Part shown: positions 19,525 through 29,629 of the stretch, piece by piece
Position numbering within the stretch: the stretch's first letter is position 1
Layout: every line of letters starts with the position of its first letter
Program-made: the position numbers and the translations under genes
Notes under the pieces: generated by a model
The model's input: only the letters and a program-made list of their open reading frames with translations
The model's database searches: none
What the model was told of the DNA's origin: nothing
NCBI GenBank assembly: GCA_046706145.1
Contig: JBJKPP010000157.1
Coordinates: 1 to 41,592 of the forward strand
Direction: 5' to 3'
DNA length: 41,592 nucleotides
From: Ignavibacteriaceae bacterium
GTDB taxonomy: Bacteria > Bacteroidota > Ignavibacteria > Ignavibacteriales > Ignavibacteriaceae

Positions 19525-19952
19525 CTAATTACGAATTAACTGAGACGGTAAAGAATTACATAGAAACTATTTCACTTTCTGAAGAATTTTCCCATAAACT
19601 AAGAGGGTCTGAAAGGATAGTTTTAAATGGACAACTTGGGTCAGGGAAAACTTTCTTTATCAAGTCGTGTTTAAGATTCTTAGGCGTTAATAATGTTAAT
19701 AGTCCTACATTTGCTATTGTCAATGAATATCTTGGGAAATTTAAATTCTACCATTTTGATTTTTATAGAATTAACCGGATGTCGGAACTGTATGATATAG
19801 GTTATAATGATTATTTAAATGATGATGAATCTATAATTTTTATCGAGTGGGGAAACCTATTTCAGGAAATTTTGCCAAAAAAACGAATTGAAATAAATAT
19901 TGACATAATTAGTGATGACAAACGTAAATTTGAAATAAAGGCTTATGGATAA
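19521..19952 (+). CDS. tsaE: tRNA t6A37 biosynthesis ATPase TsaE (YjeE); not in the supplied ORF track; start codon non-canonical and uncertain
   Basis: Frame open from 19491 to TAA at 19950-19952. It encodes ..IVLNGQLGSGKTFFIKSCLRFLG..SPTFAIVNEY..YHFDFYRI..IIFIEWG.. (Walker A, SPTF, HxDxYR and EW hallmarks of TsaE). There is no in-frame ATG/GTG/TTG before the P-loop. Confidence 0.8.
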   Translation: MTNYELTETVKNYIETISLSEEFSHKLRGSERIVLNGQLGSGKTFFIKSCLRFLGVNNVNSPTFAIVNEYLGKFKFYHFDFYRINRMSELYDIGYNDYLNDDESIIFIEWGNLFQEILPKKRIEINIDIISDDKRKFEIKAYG

Positions 19953-20616
19953 ACCTGTACTTTCTATAGAAACATCACAAAGCGTCTGCAGCACATGCCT
20001 GTATTATTCAAATAATAAATTTTATGAAACGAATTTTAACTTAAGGCATTCTCATGCAGAAGTGTTGTTCGAAAACCTTGATTATGTATTTAATTCTGCA
20101 AAGACAACGCTTGATTCTTGTGACGGTATTGCAATTTCAACTGGCCCAGGCTCCTTTACAGGTTTAAGAATTGGTATGGCAGCTGTAAAAGGCATGGCTC
20201 TTGCATCTAAATTAAAAATCTTCGTCGTTCCCACTTTTGAAGCATTAGCTTTTCAAATAAGTAACCTCCTGCCGGATCACACAGAATTTATGATAATGAA
20301 CAGGGTAAACCAGGAAGAGGTGTATTCTCAAAAATTTAGAATAGTTGCTAATAGTTACGAAACAGTAAATGATTTACAAATATTAAAATATGAAGATATA
20401 AATTTGACAAAACAAACCACTTTGATTTTTGGAAACGCATTATTACATTCTAATGATAAATTATTAAATATTAAGAATTCGATTTTTTCTCCATCTGCAA
20501 GATTTGTTGCAGAGTGGAGTAGAATATATGGTCAACAACACGTTCTCGATGAATTTGATTATTTGGAACCTATGTATTTTAAAAACTTTGTTGTTAAGAG
20601 GAAAAACAATGTATAA
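19945..20616 (+). CDS. tsaB: tRNA t6A37 biosynthesis protein TsaB (YeaZ)
   Basis: STGPGSFTGLRIGMAAVKGMA signature. 8-nt overlap with tsaE (ATGGATAA). Confidence 0.82.
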   Translation: MDKPVLSIETSQSVCSTCLYYSNNKFYETNFNLRHSHAEVLFENLDYVFNSAKTTLDSCDGIAISTGPGSFTGLRIGMAAVKGMALASKLKIFVVPTFEALAFQISNLLPDHTEFMIMNRVNQEEVYSQKFRIVANSYETVNDLQILKYEDINLTKQTTLIFGNALLHSNDKLLNIKNSIFSPSARFVAEWSRIYGQQHVLDEFDYLEPMYFKNFVVKRKNNV

Positions 20617-21331
20617 GACAATTTTATTGGTTCTGTTTAGTTTTTCATTAGCATTTCCTCAATCCAAGTCTCCCGAAATTCTTGTTACTCCCAGTCAATA
20701 TAATTTCAGTTATGTGCTTCAAGGTTCATCGGTTCTACATTATTTTACGATTTTCAATAAAGGAAATGATACCTTAAAAATTAAAGACGTTAGGCCATCA
20801 TGTAAATGTACAACTGTGTATATGCCAACTGCTTTTATTTCTCCGGGAGACTCTGCTAAACTGGAAGTTGCTTTTGATTCAAGAGGATATTGGGGTATGC
20901 AGGAAAAGTCAGTATATATACTTTCAAACGATCCTAATAACTCAGTGGTTGAGATAAAATATGCAGCATATGTTGTCAAGAAATTGCCAACTTCACCCGA
21001 CACTAGCGTGATGCCGTCAATTCAATTCAGTGAACTAACACATGATTTTGGAAAGATAAAAGAAGGAGCTGTGGTTAGCTGGAATTTCCCGTTCAAGAAT
21101 GTTGGAAAATCGTATCTAAAAATTACTGACATACAAACTTCTTGCGGTTGTACTGCGGCAGTGCCAAATAGCAGAAATGTTGCACCTGACGATTCCGGAA
21201 TAATAAAAGTTGAATTTGATTCGCATTATAAGCAAGGACAATTGACCCGATTGATAAATGTTTCATCCAACGATCCTAAACATCCTTCGGTTGTACTAAA
21301 AATTTATGCTGATGTAGAAAAAGGAACATAA
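20609..21331 (+). CDS. DUF1573 domain-containing secreted protein (two tandem domains)
   Basis: The ATG at 20609 gives the signal peptide [18 protein letters not shown] and overlaps the tsaB stop by 8 nt (ATGTATAA). Two repeats each carry a CxC motif (RPSCKCT, QTSCGCT) and an SNDP motif. The track start at 20504 lies inside tsaB and is unlikely. Confidence 0.7.
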   Translation: MYKTILLVLFSFSLAFPQSKSPEILVTPSQYNFSYVLQGSSVLHYFTIFNKGNDTLKIKDVRPSCKCTTVYMPTAFISPGDSAKLEVAFDSRGYWGMQEKSVYILSNDPNNSVVEIKYAAYVVKKLPTSPDTSVMPSIQFSELTHDFGKIKEGAVVSWNFPFKNVGKSYLKITDIQTSCGCTAAVPNSRNVAPDDSGIIKVEFDSHYKQGQLTRLINVSSNDPKHPSVVLKIYADVEKGT

Positions 21332-21332
21332 G

Positions 21333-22172
21333 ATGGCTTGGTTTACAAGATCAAAACAAAATATTTCACCAGATTCACAAAAAAAGGATCTCCCCGATGG
21401 CTTGTGGGAAAAGTGCCCTGATTGCGGTGAAATAATTCACAAAAAACAATTGGAAACAAATTTATGGACTTGCCTGAAGTGCGGCTATCATTTCAGGGTT
21501 GGCAGCAGCGAATATATAGAGATACTGCTGGATGATGGTTCCTTCAAAGAGATGGATAAGAAAATGAAATCAGCTGATCCGCTGGATTTTGAAGATACCA
21601 AGAAATATAAAGAAAGAATAAATGAAACGATAAAAAAACTTAATTTTAATGATGCAATCAGAACCGGAGTAGGAAAAATAAATGACAAAGAAGTTGCCTT
21701 TGGGTGTATGGACTTTAAGTTTATTGGTGGAAGTATGGGATCAGTTGTTGGCGAAAAAGTAGCAAGGTTAATTGACAAAGCTTATAAGAGCAAAATTCCA
21801 CTGATCATTATTTCCGCAAGCGGGGGAGCTCGAATGATGGAAGGAGCTTTTTCATTAATGCAGTTAGCAAAAACAAGCTCCCGTTTAACTAAACTGGCGG
21901 AAGCAAAGATTCCATATATTTCAATTCTCACAGACCCTACAACGGGCGGTACGACAGCAAGTTATGCAATGCTGGGAGATATAAACATTGCTGAACCTAA
22001 AGCCCTTATTGGTTTTGCAGGCCCAAGAGTAATCAAACAGACAATAGGAAAAGATTTACCGGAAGGTTTCCAGAAATCAGAATTCCTTATGGAACACGGA
22101 TTTGTTGATATTGTAGTGCCCAGAAAGGAATTAAAAATGACAGTCTATAATATTCTTTCATTACTGGATTGA
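21333..22172 (+). CDS. accD: acetyl-CoA carboxylase carboxyltransferase subunit beta
   Basis: N-terminal zinc ribbon [26 protein letters not shown], followed by the carboxyltransferase domain ([20 protein letters not shown]). Confidence 0.92.
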   Translation: MAWFTRSKQNISPDSQKKDLPDGLWEKCPDCGEIIHKKQLETNLWTCLKCGYHFRVGSSEYIEILLDDGSFKEMDKKMKSADPLDFEDTKKYKERINETIKKLNFNDAIRTGVGKINDKEVAFGCMDFKFIGGSMGSVVGEKVARLIDKAYKSKIPLIIISASGGARMMEGAFSLMQLAKTSSRLTKLAEAKIPYISILTDPTTGGTTASYAMLGDINIAEPKALIGFAGPRVIKQTIGKDLPEGFQKSEFLMEHGFVDIVVPRKELKMTVYNILSLLD

Positions 22173-23034
22173 GAAAATAATAAAAGTAGTAAAGACAATA
22201 AAAGAAATCCATAAGATCGTAGAGCAATTACGACAGGATAAAAAAACTATTGGTCTTGTTCCTACAATGGGATTTTTACACGAGGGTCATCTTTCCCTTG
22301 TCAAAAAATCTAAAGAAAAAGCCGACACTACAATTGTTTCGATATTTGTAAATCCTACCCAATTTGGACCTGATGAAGATTTTGATAAATACCCGCGAAA
22401 TTTGAAAAAAGATCAGCAGTTACTTGAAAAAGAAAAAGTAGATTTCATTTTCTATCCTTCAGCAGATGAAATTTATAATAAAAATTATCAAACATACGTT
22501 GAAGTAAGAAAATTGACCGGCAAATATGAAGGGGAATTTAGGCCAACTCATTTTATTGGGGTTACAACAATTGTCAATATACTTTTTAATTGTGTAAAAC
22601 CGCACTATGCTTTTTTAGGTCAGAAGGATGCACAACAAGTTGTTGTAATTCAAAGGATGGTAAGCGACCTTAAGATAGATGTAGATATTGTTGTTTGCCC
22701 TATTGTAAGAGAAAATGATGGGTTGGCGATGAGTTCTCGGAATGTTTATTTGTCTCATAAAGAAAGGCAAGATGCACTTGTACTTTACCAATCGTTGCTC
22801 CTTGGAAAACAAATGATTAGTAAAGGAGAAAAAGACAGCGAAAAGATTTTATTGAAAATGAGTGAACATATCTACTCAGTTGATACTTCCAACCTTGATT
22901 ATGTTAAGATAGTAGACGAGAGCGACTTTGAAGAAGAAAAAATATTAAAGAGTAACAAAAAATATTATTTACTTATCGCATGCAAAATAGGGAAGACAAG
23001 ACTTATTGATAATATGATGGTAAGGGTTAAATAG
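22168..23034 (+). CDS. panC: pantoate--beta-alanine ligase (pantothenate synthetase); 5' end extended beyond the ORF-track ATG, start codon non-canonical
   Basis: The track starts at ATG 22267, which is the M of the conserved [10 protein letters not shown] motif. Upstream codons in the same frame (open from 22141) encode [26 protein letters not shown], the normal PanC N-terminus. The exact start could be ATT 22168, ATA 22177 or ATA 22180. Confidence 0.88.
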   Translation: MEKIIKVVKTIKEIHKIVEQLRQDKKTIGLVPTMGFLHEGHLSLVKKSKEKADTTIVSIFVNPTQFGPDEDFDKYPRNLKKDQQLLEKEKVDFIFYPSADEIYNKNYQTYVEVRKLTGKYEGEFRPTHFIGVTTIVNILFNCVKPHYAFLGQKDAQQVVVIQRMVSDLKIDVDIVVCPIVRENDGLAMSSRNVYLSHKERQDALVLYQSLLLGKQMISKGEKDSEKILLKMSEHIYSVDTSNLDYVKIVDESDFEEEKILKSNKKYYLLIACKIGKTRLIDNMMVRVK

Positions 23035-23791
23035 AATTCCTTCCTAAAACATTCTTGATTCCATAATTAACTAAAGCTTTTTCATAGATGAAATCAAATT
23101 TCAAATATGGAATTATTAGCTTTGCTCCGCCGCCGGTAACGTAAATGATAATATTCTTCGCTTTTTTATCTTCATTAAGATGTCTTATAGTCTTTTCGAT
23201 GAGCCCTACTGTTGAATTAACAATGCCACTTGATATTGAGCTGTTGGTTGAAGTTCCTATGATTCCTTTATAATCACCAATGTTTGCCACTGGTAACTGT
23301 GCAGTGTTCTTACCTAGGCTATTAAACATGGTATCCACACCAGGTGAAATAATTCCCCCAATAAAATTATTTGGATAATTTAGGAGGTTGAGAGTAGTAG
23401 CTGTTCCTAAGTCTATTGCGAGTATGGTAGATTTTTCGGAAAACCGTTTCTCATTCTCAGGGTTCTTTGAAAGAAAAAGTGCTCCTTCTATGGCACAAAT
23501 TCTATCCAAGCCTAATGTATTAGGAGTTTCGTAAAGTATTTTGATGTTATAGCTTGAGTTTCTTTTGATTTCTAATGTATCAGTGCCGTATTCAGTTTTA
23601 ATAAATTGTTTTAGGAGTGTTGACTTTTCGGGGACTACAGAACAAAGATAAAATGCGTCTTCTTCGTTATGGTTAATAATATATTTTGATAATTCTTTTA
23701 CCTCATGAAATGCTTCAAAAACTAATAATTTATTATTATCAAAAGTAGCTAACTTAATAAAAGAATTTCCTACATCTAAAGTGTAAATCAT
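23027..23791 (-). CDS. coaX: type III pantothenate kinase (CoaX/Baf)
   Basis: N-terminal LDVGNSFIK and DLGTATT motifs of the type III PanK/ASKHA fold. 254 aa. Starts 2 nt after the birA stop. Confidence 0.85.
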   Translation of the reverse strand: MIYTLDVGNSFIKLATFDNNKLLVFEAFHEVKELSKYIINHNEEDAFYLCSVVPEKSTLLKQFIKTEYGTDTLEIKRNSSYNIKILYETPNTLGLDRICAIEGALFLSKNPENEKRFSEKSTILAIDLGTATTLNLLNYPNNFIGGIISPGVDTMFNSLGKNTAQLPVANIGDYKGIIGTSTNSSISSGIVNSTVGLIEKTIRHLNEDKKAKNIIIYVTGGGAKLIIPYLKFDFIYEKALVNYGIKNVLGRNSI

Positions 23792-23793
23792 AT

Positions 23794-24570
23794 CTAATTA
23801 ATTCCACTTACATCGCCATATTGAATTCGCTCATGCTTGTCGCCAATTTTCAAGATAAGATAGCCATTGTTATCTATATCCTCAAAAATGCCAAATAATT
23901 TTTCGTTGTCATCACTTACTTCTATTCTGTCCCCGATCATTGAGCAATTTTGTCTCCATTCCCCAACTATGTAACCAGGTTTGGTAAGCACTGTCTCTAG
24001 ATTCTCTTCCAAATTATTTAGTATTTCTGCTAAAAGTCTCTCCCTATCTATATTTTGTTTGGCTTCAAGTTTTAAGGATGTTGGTTCTAGATTATATTCT
24101 CCAGGAAAATTAACTTGGTTAACGTTTAATCCAATACCTATTACCAATTTATCAATAGAACTTCCTCTCGATGTGGACTCAAGTAAAATACCAGAAACCT
24201 TCTTTTTGTTAATAAGAACATCGTTGGGCCATTTCAAATCCGTTTCAAGTTGGTATAATTTGTTTATAGAACTTGCCACAGAAAGACAAGAAGCTAAATT
24301 TATTAATGTGATGTTCTTTTGGAAAAATCTTTTTTCTATTAGTAAGACAGAAAATGTAATATTCAATCCTTTGCTGCTTACCCAAACTCTATTTTTTCTC
24401 CCATGGCCTTGGTTTTGTTTTTCCGCAAAAAGAACTGTCCCATTTTTCGAACTAAAATCCTTATCGTTTAGCAAAAGAGTATTAGTCGAGTCAACTTCTT
24501 CACAATAGATAAAGTTTCTACCAATATATTCTGTACTAAGTTTAATATCAAAATTTTCAATGCTTAACAA
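23794..24570 (-). CDS. birA: biotin--[acetyl-CoA-carboxylase] ligase, class I (no N-terminal HTH)
   Basis: GHGRKNRVW (a variant of GRGRxGRxW) and KWPNDVLINKKKVSGIL. At 258 aa there is no room for a repressor domain. Confidence 0.85.
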   Translation of the reverse strand: MLSIENFDIKLSTEYIGRNFIYCEEVDSTNTLLLNDKDFSSKNGTVLFAEKQNQGHGRKNRVWVSSKGLNITFSVLLIEKRFFQKNITLINLASCLSVASSINKLYQLETDLKWPNDVLINKKKVSGILLESTSRGSSIDKLVIGIGLNVNQVNFPGEYNLEPTSLKLEAKQNIDRERLLAEILNNLEENLETVLTKPGYIVGEWRQNCSMIGDRIEVSDDNEKLFGIFEDIDNNGYLILKIGDKHERIQYGDVSGIN

Positions 24571-24836
24571 CTTGCTATCCTTTTAAAAGTTGTCTAAATA
24601 CTGTCAAATTACCATTATTTGCGACAAAAGTAGCCATAAGTGTCATTTTAACAAAATATAAAAAATCTAAAGCATTATCATAAGTTATTATAATACAATA
24701 ATATAAGTAGATATTAAAAATATGGTACGATTGATGATGCCATAAAATATTAATTATCTTAATTTATATCCATTTTAATACTTATATATAAGAAACATAC
24801 AATAAAAAACATTTAAATTAAAAGGAGTAATACATA

Positions 24837-26771
24837 ATGGGAAAAATCATTGGTATAGACTTAGGAACGACAAATTCATGCGTAGCGGTTATGGAAGGAA
24901 ATGACCCTGTTGTAATCCCAAACTCTGAAGGTGGTAGAACTACTCCATCGGTTGTGGCTTTTACTAAAACAGGAGAAAGATTAGTTGGCCAGCCTGCAAA
25001 AAGACAAGCAATAACGAATCCCAAAAACACAATTTTCTCCATAAAAAGATTTATGGGAAGAGTATTAGGTGAAGTTCAGGATGAAATAAAAAAAGTTCCA
25101 TATGAGGTAGTTGCCGGCGATAACGATTCAGCAAGAGTCAAAATTGGCGATAGAATGTATTCTCCACCTGAAATTAGTTCCATGATACTTCAGAAAATGA
25201 AAAAAACTGCCGAGGATTATCTGGGGCAGGAAATTACTGAAGCTGTTATTACAGTCCCTGCTTATTTTAATGATGCACAAAGACAGGCTACTAAAGATGC
25301 TGGAGAAATTGCAGGTCTTAAAGTAAAAAGAATCATTAATGAACCTACTGCAGCAGCTTTAGCCTATGGGCTCGATAAGAAAACTTCAGACTCAACTGTT
25401 GCAGTTTATGACCTTGGAGGCGGAACTTTTGATATATCTGTCCTTCAATTGGGCGACGGCGTGTTTGAAGTGAAATCGACCAATGGCGATACTCATTTAG
25501 GAGGAGACGATTTCGATCAGAGAGTTATAGATTATCTTGCCGATGAATTCAAGAAACAAGAGGGAATTGATTTAAGAAAAGACCCGATGGCTTTACAAAG
25601 ACTTAAAGAATCGGCCGAAAAAGCAAAGATTGAACTTTCTACATCGCAAACAACGGACGTTAATTTACCATTTATAACTGCAACCCAAGATGGTCCGAAA
25701 CACTTAAATATTTCTCTTTCGAGGGCAAAATTTGAACAGCTTGTTGATGATTTGGTTCAAAGGACAAAAGTACCTTGCGAAAAAGCTATGAAAGATGCAG
25801 GCGTTTCACCGTCTGACATCAACGAAGTCATTTTGGTTGGTGGTTCTACAAGAATTCCGATGGTACAAGATCTTGTTAAGGAATTGTTTAAAAGAGAGCC
25901 CCACAAGGGTGTGAATCCGGATGAAGTAGTAGCTATCGGAGCGGCAATTCAAGGCGGTGTACTTGCCGGTGATGTTAAAGATGTATTGTTGCTTGATGTT
26001 ACTCCATTGTCGCTTGGAATTGAGACTCTTGGAGGTGTATTTACGAAACTAATCGATGCAAATACAACTATACCTACAAAGAAAAGTGAGATATTCTCAA
26101 CAGCATCTGATAGCCAGCCTTCAGTTGAAATAAATGTATTACAGGGTGAACGCCAAATGGCGGCGGACAACAGAACATTAGGTAGATTCCATTTGGATGG
26201 AATTCCACCGGCACCAAGAGGTATTCCACAGATCGAGGTTACTTTTGATATAGATGCGAACGGAATAATGCACGTAAGTGCTAAGGACAAGGCCACTGGA
26301 AAAGAACAGAGCATTAGGATTACATCATCAAGCGGATTATCTAAAGATGAAATAGAAAAAATGAAAAGTGATGCTAAAGAGCATGCAGCCGAAGATAAAA
26401 AGAAAAAAGAAGCTGTAGAAATTAAGAATCAGGCAGATAGTCTTGTATTCCAAACAAAGAAACAGATGGAAGAATTGAAAGACAAAATCAATCCTGACCA
26501 AAAATCTAAGCTGGAAGCAGAAATCAAAAAGGTAGAAGAAGCTTTGTCTTCAAACAATACTGACCAAATAAAAACTGCAACTGAATCTTTGAATAAAGAA
26601 TGGAGTCAGATAGCTTCAAATCTATACTCTCAGCCAGGCGCACAAGACGCAAGTCAGAGTGGTCAGCAACAGCAGCAGGAACAGGCTAAATCTGAAGGCA
26701 AAGACCAAGCCCAGGATGCTTCATATGAAGTTGTTGATGATGAAGAAGAAAAGAATAAAGACAAGAAATAA
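24837..26771 (+). CDS. dnaK: molecular chaperone DnaK (Hsp70)
   Basis: [21 protein letters not shown] and [14 protein letters not shown]. 644 aa. AAGGAG lies upstream of the ATG. Confidence 0.98.
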   Translation: MGKIIGIDLGTTNSCVAVMEGNDPVVIPNSEGGRTTPSVVAFTKTGERLVGQPAKRQAITNPKNTIFSIKRFMGRVLGEVQDEIKKVPYEVVAGDNDSARVKIGDRMYSPPEISSMILQKMKKTAEDYLGQEITEAVITVPAYFNDAQRQATKDAGEIAGLKVKRIINEPTAAALAYGLDKKTSDSTVAVYDLGGGTFDISVLQLGDGVFEVKSTNGDTHLGGDDFDQRVIDYLADEFKKQEGIDLRKDPMALQRLKESAEKAKIELSTSQTTDVNLPFITATQDGPKHLNISLSRAKFEQLVDDLVQRTKVPCEKAMKDAGVSPSDINEVILVGGSTRIPMVQDLVKELFKREPHKGVNPDEVVAIGAAIQGGVLAGDVKDVLLLDVTPLSLGIETLGGVFTKLIDANTTIPTKKSEIFSTASDSQPSVEINVLQGERQMAADNRTLGRFHLDGIPPAPRGIPQIEVTFDIDANGIMHVSAKDKATGKEQSIRITSSSGLSKDEIEKMKSDAKEHAAEDKKKKEAVEIKNQADSLVFQTKKQMEELKDKINPDQKSKLEAEIKKVEEALSSNNTDQIKTATESLNKEWSQIASNLYSQPGAQDASQSGQQQQQEQAKSEGKDQAQDASYEVVDDEEEKNKDKK

Positions 26772-26968
26772 GTGAACTAATTCTGTTGAAAACCCCGGTA
26801 GCTTAGCTGGGGTCTAAAAGATTTAATAATTGTCTCTTTGATATAGGTGTAAGGTATAAAGGTGTAAGGATATAAAGTATGCTAGTGTTATTAACCTATA
26901 CTATATACCACCATAACCCATATTGCTTAATAATTTAATTACGATTTTAAAAACGACAAAATATAAAA

Positions 26969-27367
26969 ATGGAGAAATATAAAATGCAATCAAACATTAA
27001 TTTAGAAGACAAAAAAACATTGGAGGATATATTCCTTAACGAAGCTCATCTTTTGCCGCTTGTAGATATTTACGAACAGAATGATGAATTTATATTAACT
27101 GCAAATATGCCGGGTGTTGAAAAAGATAACGCGAAAATAAAATTAGAAGATGGATATCTTACAATTAGTGGAAAAAAGGACACAGATAATTTAAACAACA
27201 GAAAATATTTCTTAAATGAGATTCCCTATGGTACTTACTATCGTGAATTTAAGTTGTCGGATACAATTGATTCTTCTAAGATTGAAGGTAAGTTTGAAAA
27301 TGGACAGTTAATAGTCCGCTTGCCAAAGAGTGAAACGGCAAAAAGCAGAGTGATAAATATATCATAA
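26969..27367 (+). CDS. Hsp20/alpha-crystallin family small heat-shock protein
   Basis: Alpha-crystallin domain (PLVDIYEQNDEFILTANMPGV...GKFENGQLIVRLPK). An alternative start at ATG 26984 is preceded by GGAG at 26971-26974 and may be the real one. Confidence 0.85.
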   Translation: MEKYKMQSNINLEDKKTLEDIFLNEAHLLPLVDIYEQNDEFILTANMPGVEKDNAKIKLEDGYLTISGKKDTDNLNNRKYFLNEIPYGTYYREFKLSDTIDSSKIEGKFENGQLIVRLPKSETAKSRVINIS

Positions 27368-27391
27368 ACTAGATTTTTGCTCCGAACGTGT

Positions 27392-27425
27392 AAAAGCCCC
27401 GCCATGTCGGGGCTTTATTATTTTT
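27392..27425 (+). terminator. rho-independent terminator of hsp20
   Basis: AAAAGCCCCG-CCATGT-CGGGGCTTT followed by ATTATTTTT, 25 nt after the stop codon. Confidence 0.85.
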
Positions 27426-27479
27426 ACTAAGACAATTTTTATTTATATTGAAGCCAATCATAGAACACTAATTTTCCAA

Positions 27480-28571
27480 ATGTCCGGGGTAAAAAAGAAC
27501 AGAATAATATTTATAGACCTGATGCGTGCCATTGCTGTCCTGCAGATGATTCAGGGACATACAGTTGACCTCTTACTGTCAAATGATTTCCGGGCACAGG
27601 GTGATTTGATATACTCAACATGGTTTTTTATGAGGGGTATGACTGCTCCAATTTTTATGTTTTCTGCAGGAACGGTATTTACCTACCTTTTTCGTCTTGC
27701 TGATAAGCCATTTGAGGAAAATCCCAGAGTAAAGAAAGGATTAAAAAGGTTTTTCCTACTTGTTTTTTTAGGCTATTTACTAAGATATCCGACGGCCAAA
27801 GTTTTAGATTTTTCAAATGTTACTCAAGAACAATGGGCAACCTTTTTTACTGTTGATGTTTTACATCTAATAGGTTTTGGTATTCTAATAACAATGTTGC
27901 TTGCCTATATTTCAGAAAAAACTAAAATAAACGATTATACAGTATTTGGATTAGGGGCTCTTTTTATCTTTGCTATTTTCCCATTTACAGAAAAAATAAG
28001 CTGGAGTTCCTTTTTACCAATTCCAATTGCTGCCTATTTTTATTCCGGGACAGGTTCTTTATTTCCATTAATCCCGTGGAGTGGATATGTTATAAGTGGA
28101 GCTGTTTTAGGAAGCTACTTGGCAAAACATCCCTTAGTCTTTAAGACAAAAGAGTTTACTTATAAGCTCTTTTCATTTGGAATATTGTTTATGCTACTGT
28201 CCCAGGTTTTCAATGATCTGAAAATCCCAATTAATGGAAACACAGACTGGAGTTCCGCTATTTATTTAATTTTCTTTAGATTAGGATTTGTGATTACTCT
28301 GAATTCAGTTGTTTCATTTATATCATTGAAGGTAAACTCAATACCCAAAACAATCATTTTAATCGGAAGGAATACCCTTTTAATTTACGTAGTTCATTTA
28401 GTGCTGCTTTTTGGCAGCGCATGGAGCCCCGGTTTAGCATTACTATTCGAAAAGAAACTAGATGTGTGGCCAACAATCGGATTTGCCTTACTTATGATTA
28501 CATCAATGGTAGTTATGGTGCTTGCAATAAACAAATTAAAAATTAGAAATAAACAATTAGTAACAGCATAA
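27480..28571 (+). CDS. DUF1624 / heparan-alpha-glucosaminide N-acetyltransferase-like polytopic membrane protein
   Basis: N-terminal [18 protein letters not shown], characteristic of the acyltransferase-3-like DUF1624 family. Roughly 10 predicted TM helices. Confidence 0.55.
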   Translation: MSGVKKNRIIFIDLMRAIAVLQMIQGHTVDLLLSNDFRAQGDLIYSTWFFMRGMTAPIFMFSAGTVFTYLFRLADKPFEENPRVKKGLKRFFLLVFLGYLLRYPTAKVLDFSNVTQEQWATFFTVDVLHLIGFGILITMLLAYISEKTKINDYTVFGLGALFIFAIFPFTEKISWSSFLPIPIAAYFYSGTGSLFPLIPWSGYVISGAVLGSYLAKHPLVFKTKEFTYKLFSFGILFMLLSQVFNDLKIPINGNTDWSSAIYLIFFRLGFVITLNSVVSFISLKVNSIPKTIILIGRNTLLIYVVHLVLLFGSAWSPGLALLFEKKLDVWPTIGFALLMITSMVVMVLAINKLKIRNKQLVTA

Positions 28572-28576
28572 TCTTA

Positions 28577-29614
28577 ATGAGAAAATCTCAAGTAACCTCC
28601 GGTGAAGTTTCGGATGAAGAAAAATTATATGAACAGTCGTTAAGGCCTTTGTCTATTGACCAATTTGCCGGACAAAATAAGATTACTGATAATCTGAAAG
28701 TTTTTATATCTGCTGCTCAAAAGAGAAAGGAATCTTTGGACCATATTCTTCTCACAGGACCACCGGGATTAGGAAAAACTACCCTTGCCTACATAATTGC
28801 CAATGAGATGGGGGTGAAATTGAAAGTCACTTCTGGTCCTGTCTTAGAAAAACCAGGCGACCTAGCTGGAATATTGACTAACCTGGAAGAAAAATCGGTT
28901 TTGTTTATTGATGAAATTCATAGATTAAGTCCTGTTGTGGAAGAATATCTATACTCAGCCATGGAGGATTTTAAACTGGATATTATGATTGATACTGGAC
29001 CAAATGCGAGAACTGTGCAAATAAGTCTTCCTAAATATACACTTGTGGGCGCGACTACGAGAGCAGGCATGTTAACTTCTCCACTTAGGGATAGATTTGG
29101 GATTAGATTTAGGTTAGATTATTATGATTCTACTACTCTAAAAAAGATAATTAATCGTTCCTCAAAAATTCTTGAAATAAAAATTGATGATGAAGCGTCT
29201 CTGGAATTATCAAAACGCTCAAGGGGAACTCCTAGAATTGCAAATCGCTTGCTGAAGAGAACAAGAGACTTTGCAGATTATGAAGATAAAAATGTTATTG
29301 ATTTAGCTGTTTCTAAAAAAGCATTAAACGCACTAGAAGTGGATGAATTCGGTCTTGATGAAATGGATAAACAAATCATCTTAACGATTATCGAAAAATA
29401 TAAAGGCGGTCCTGTTGGCCTTGGGACTTTAGCTGTAGCAGTAAATGAAGACCCAGGGACTATCGAAGAAGTTTATGAACCTTTTTTAATTCAACAGGGT
29501 TTTATTCATAGAACTCCCAGAGGAAGGGAAGCAACGTTATTGGCCTACAAACGTTTTGGAAAAGAAAAACTCAGTGGTGATAATAATTCTCTATTTGATC
29601 AAGCCTCCAAATGA
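28577..29614 (+). CDS. ruvB: Holliday junction branch migration DNA helicase RuvB
   Basis: [12 protein letters not shown], Walker [10 protein letters not shown], Walker [20 protein letters not shown]. Confidence 0.96.
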   Translation: MRKSQVTSGEVSDEEKLYEQSLRPLSIDQFAGQNKITDNLKVFISAAQKRKESLDHILLTGPPGLGKTTLAYIIANEMGVKLKVTSGPVLEKPGDLAGILTNLEEKSVLFIDEIHRLSPVVEEYLYSAMEDFKLDIMIDTGPNARTVQISLPKYTLVGATTRAGMLTSPLRDRFGIRFRLDYYDSTTLKKIINRSSKILEIKIDDEASLELSKRSRGTPRIANRLLKRTRDFADYEDKNVIDLAVSKKALNALEVDEFGLDEMDKQIILTIIEKYKGGPVGLGTLAVAVNEDPGTIEEVYEPFLIQQGFIHRTPRGREATLLAYKRFGKEKLSGDNNSLFDQASK

Positions 29615-29629
29615 AACTTTTAACAAAAA

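Noticed and set aside
23981-24508. 175-aa plus-strand ORF antisense to birA, and similar antisense or alternate-frame ORFs (1236-1670, 2409-2846, 5289-5639, 10454-10777, 12765-13034, 25949-26314, 33330-33668, 39969-40238)
   Set aside because: All lie fully inside strongly supported genes (maeB, birA, dnaK, sprA, phnC, kdsD and others). They have Ser/Leu/Ile-rich shadow-frame composition and no family resemblance.
24571-24836. Search for a CIRCE/HrcA operator in the birA-dnaK divergent spacer
   Set aside because: There is no TTAGCACTC-N9-GAGTGCTAA or close variant on either strand. I found only generic AT-rich sequence and an AAGGAG RBS.
26791-26815. Hairpin ACCCCGG-TAGCTTAG-CTGGGGT after dnaK as a terminator
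   Set aside because: The stem is 7 bp including a G-U pair and has no U-run after it. It may pause or partly terminate transcription, but this is not convincing enough to annotate.
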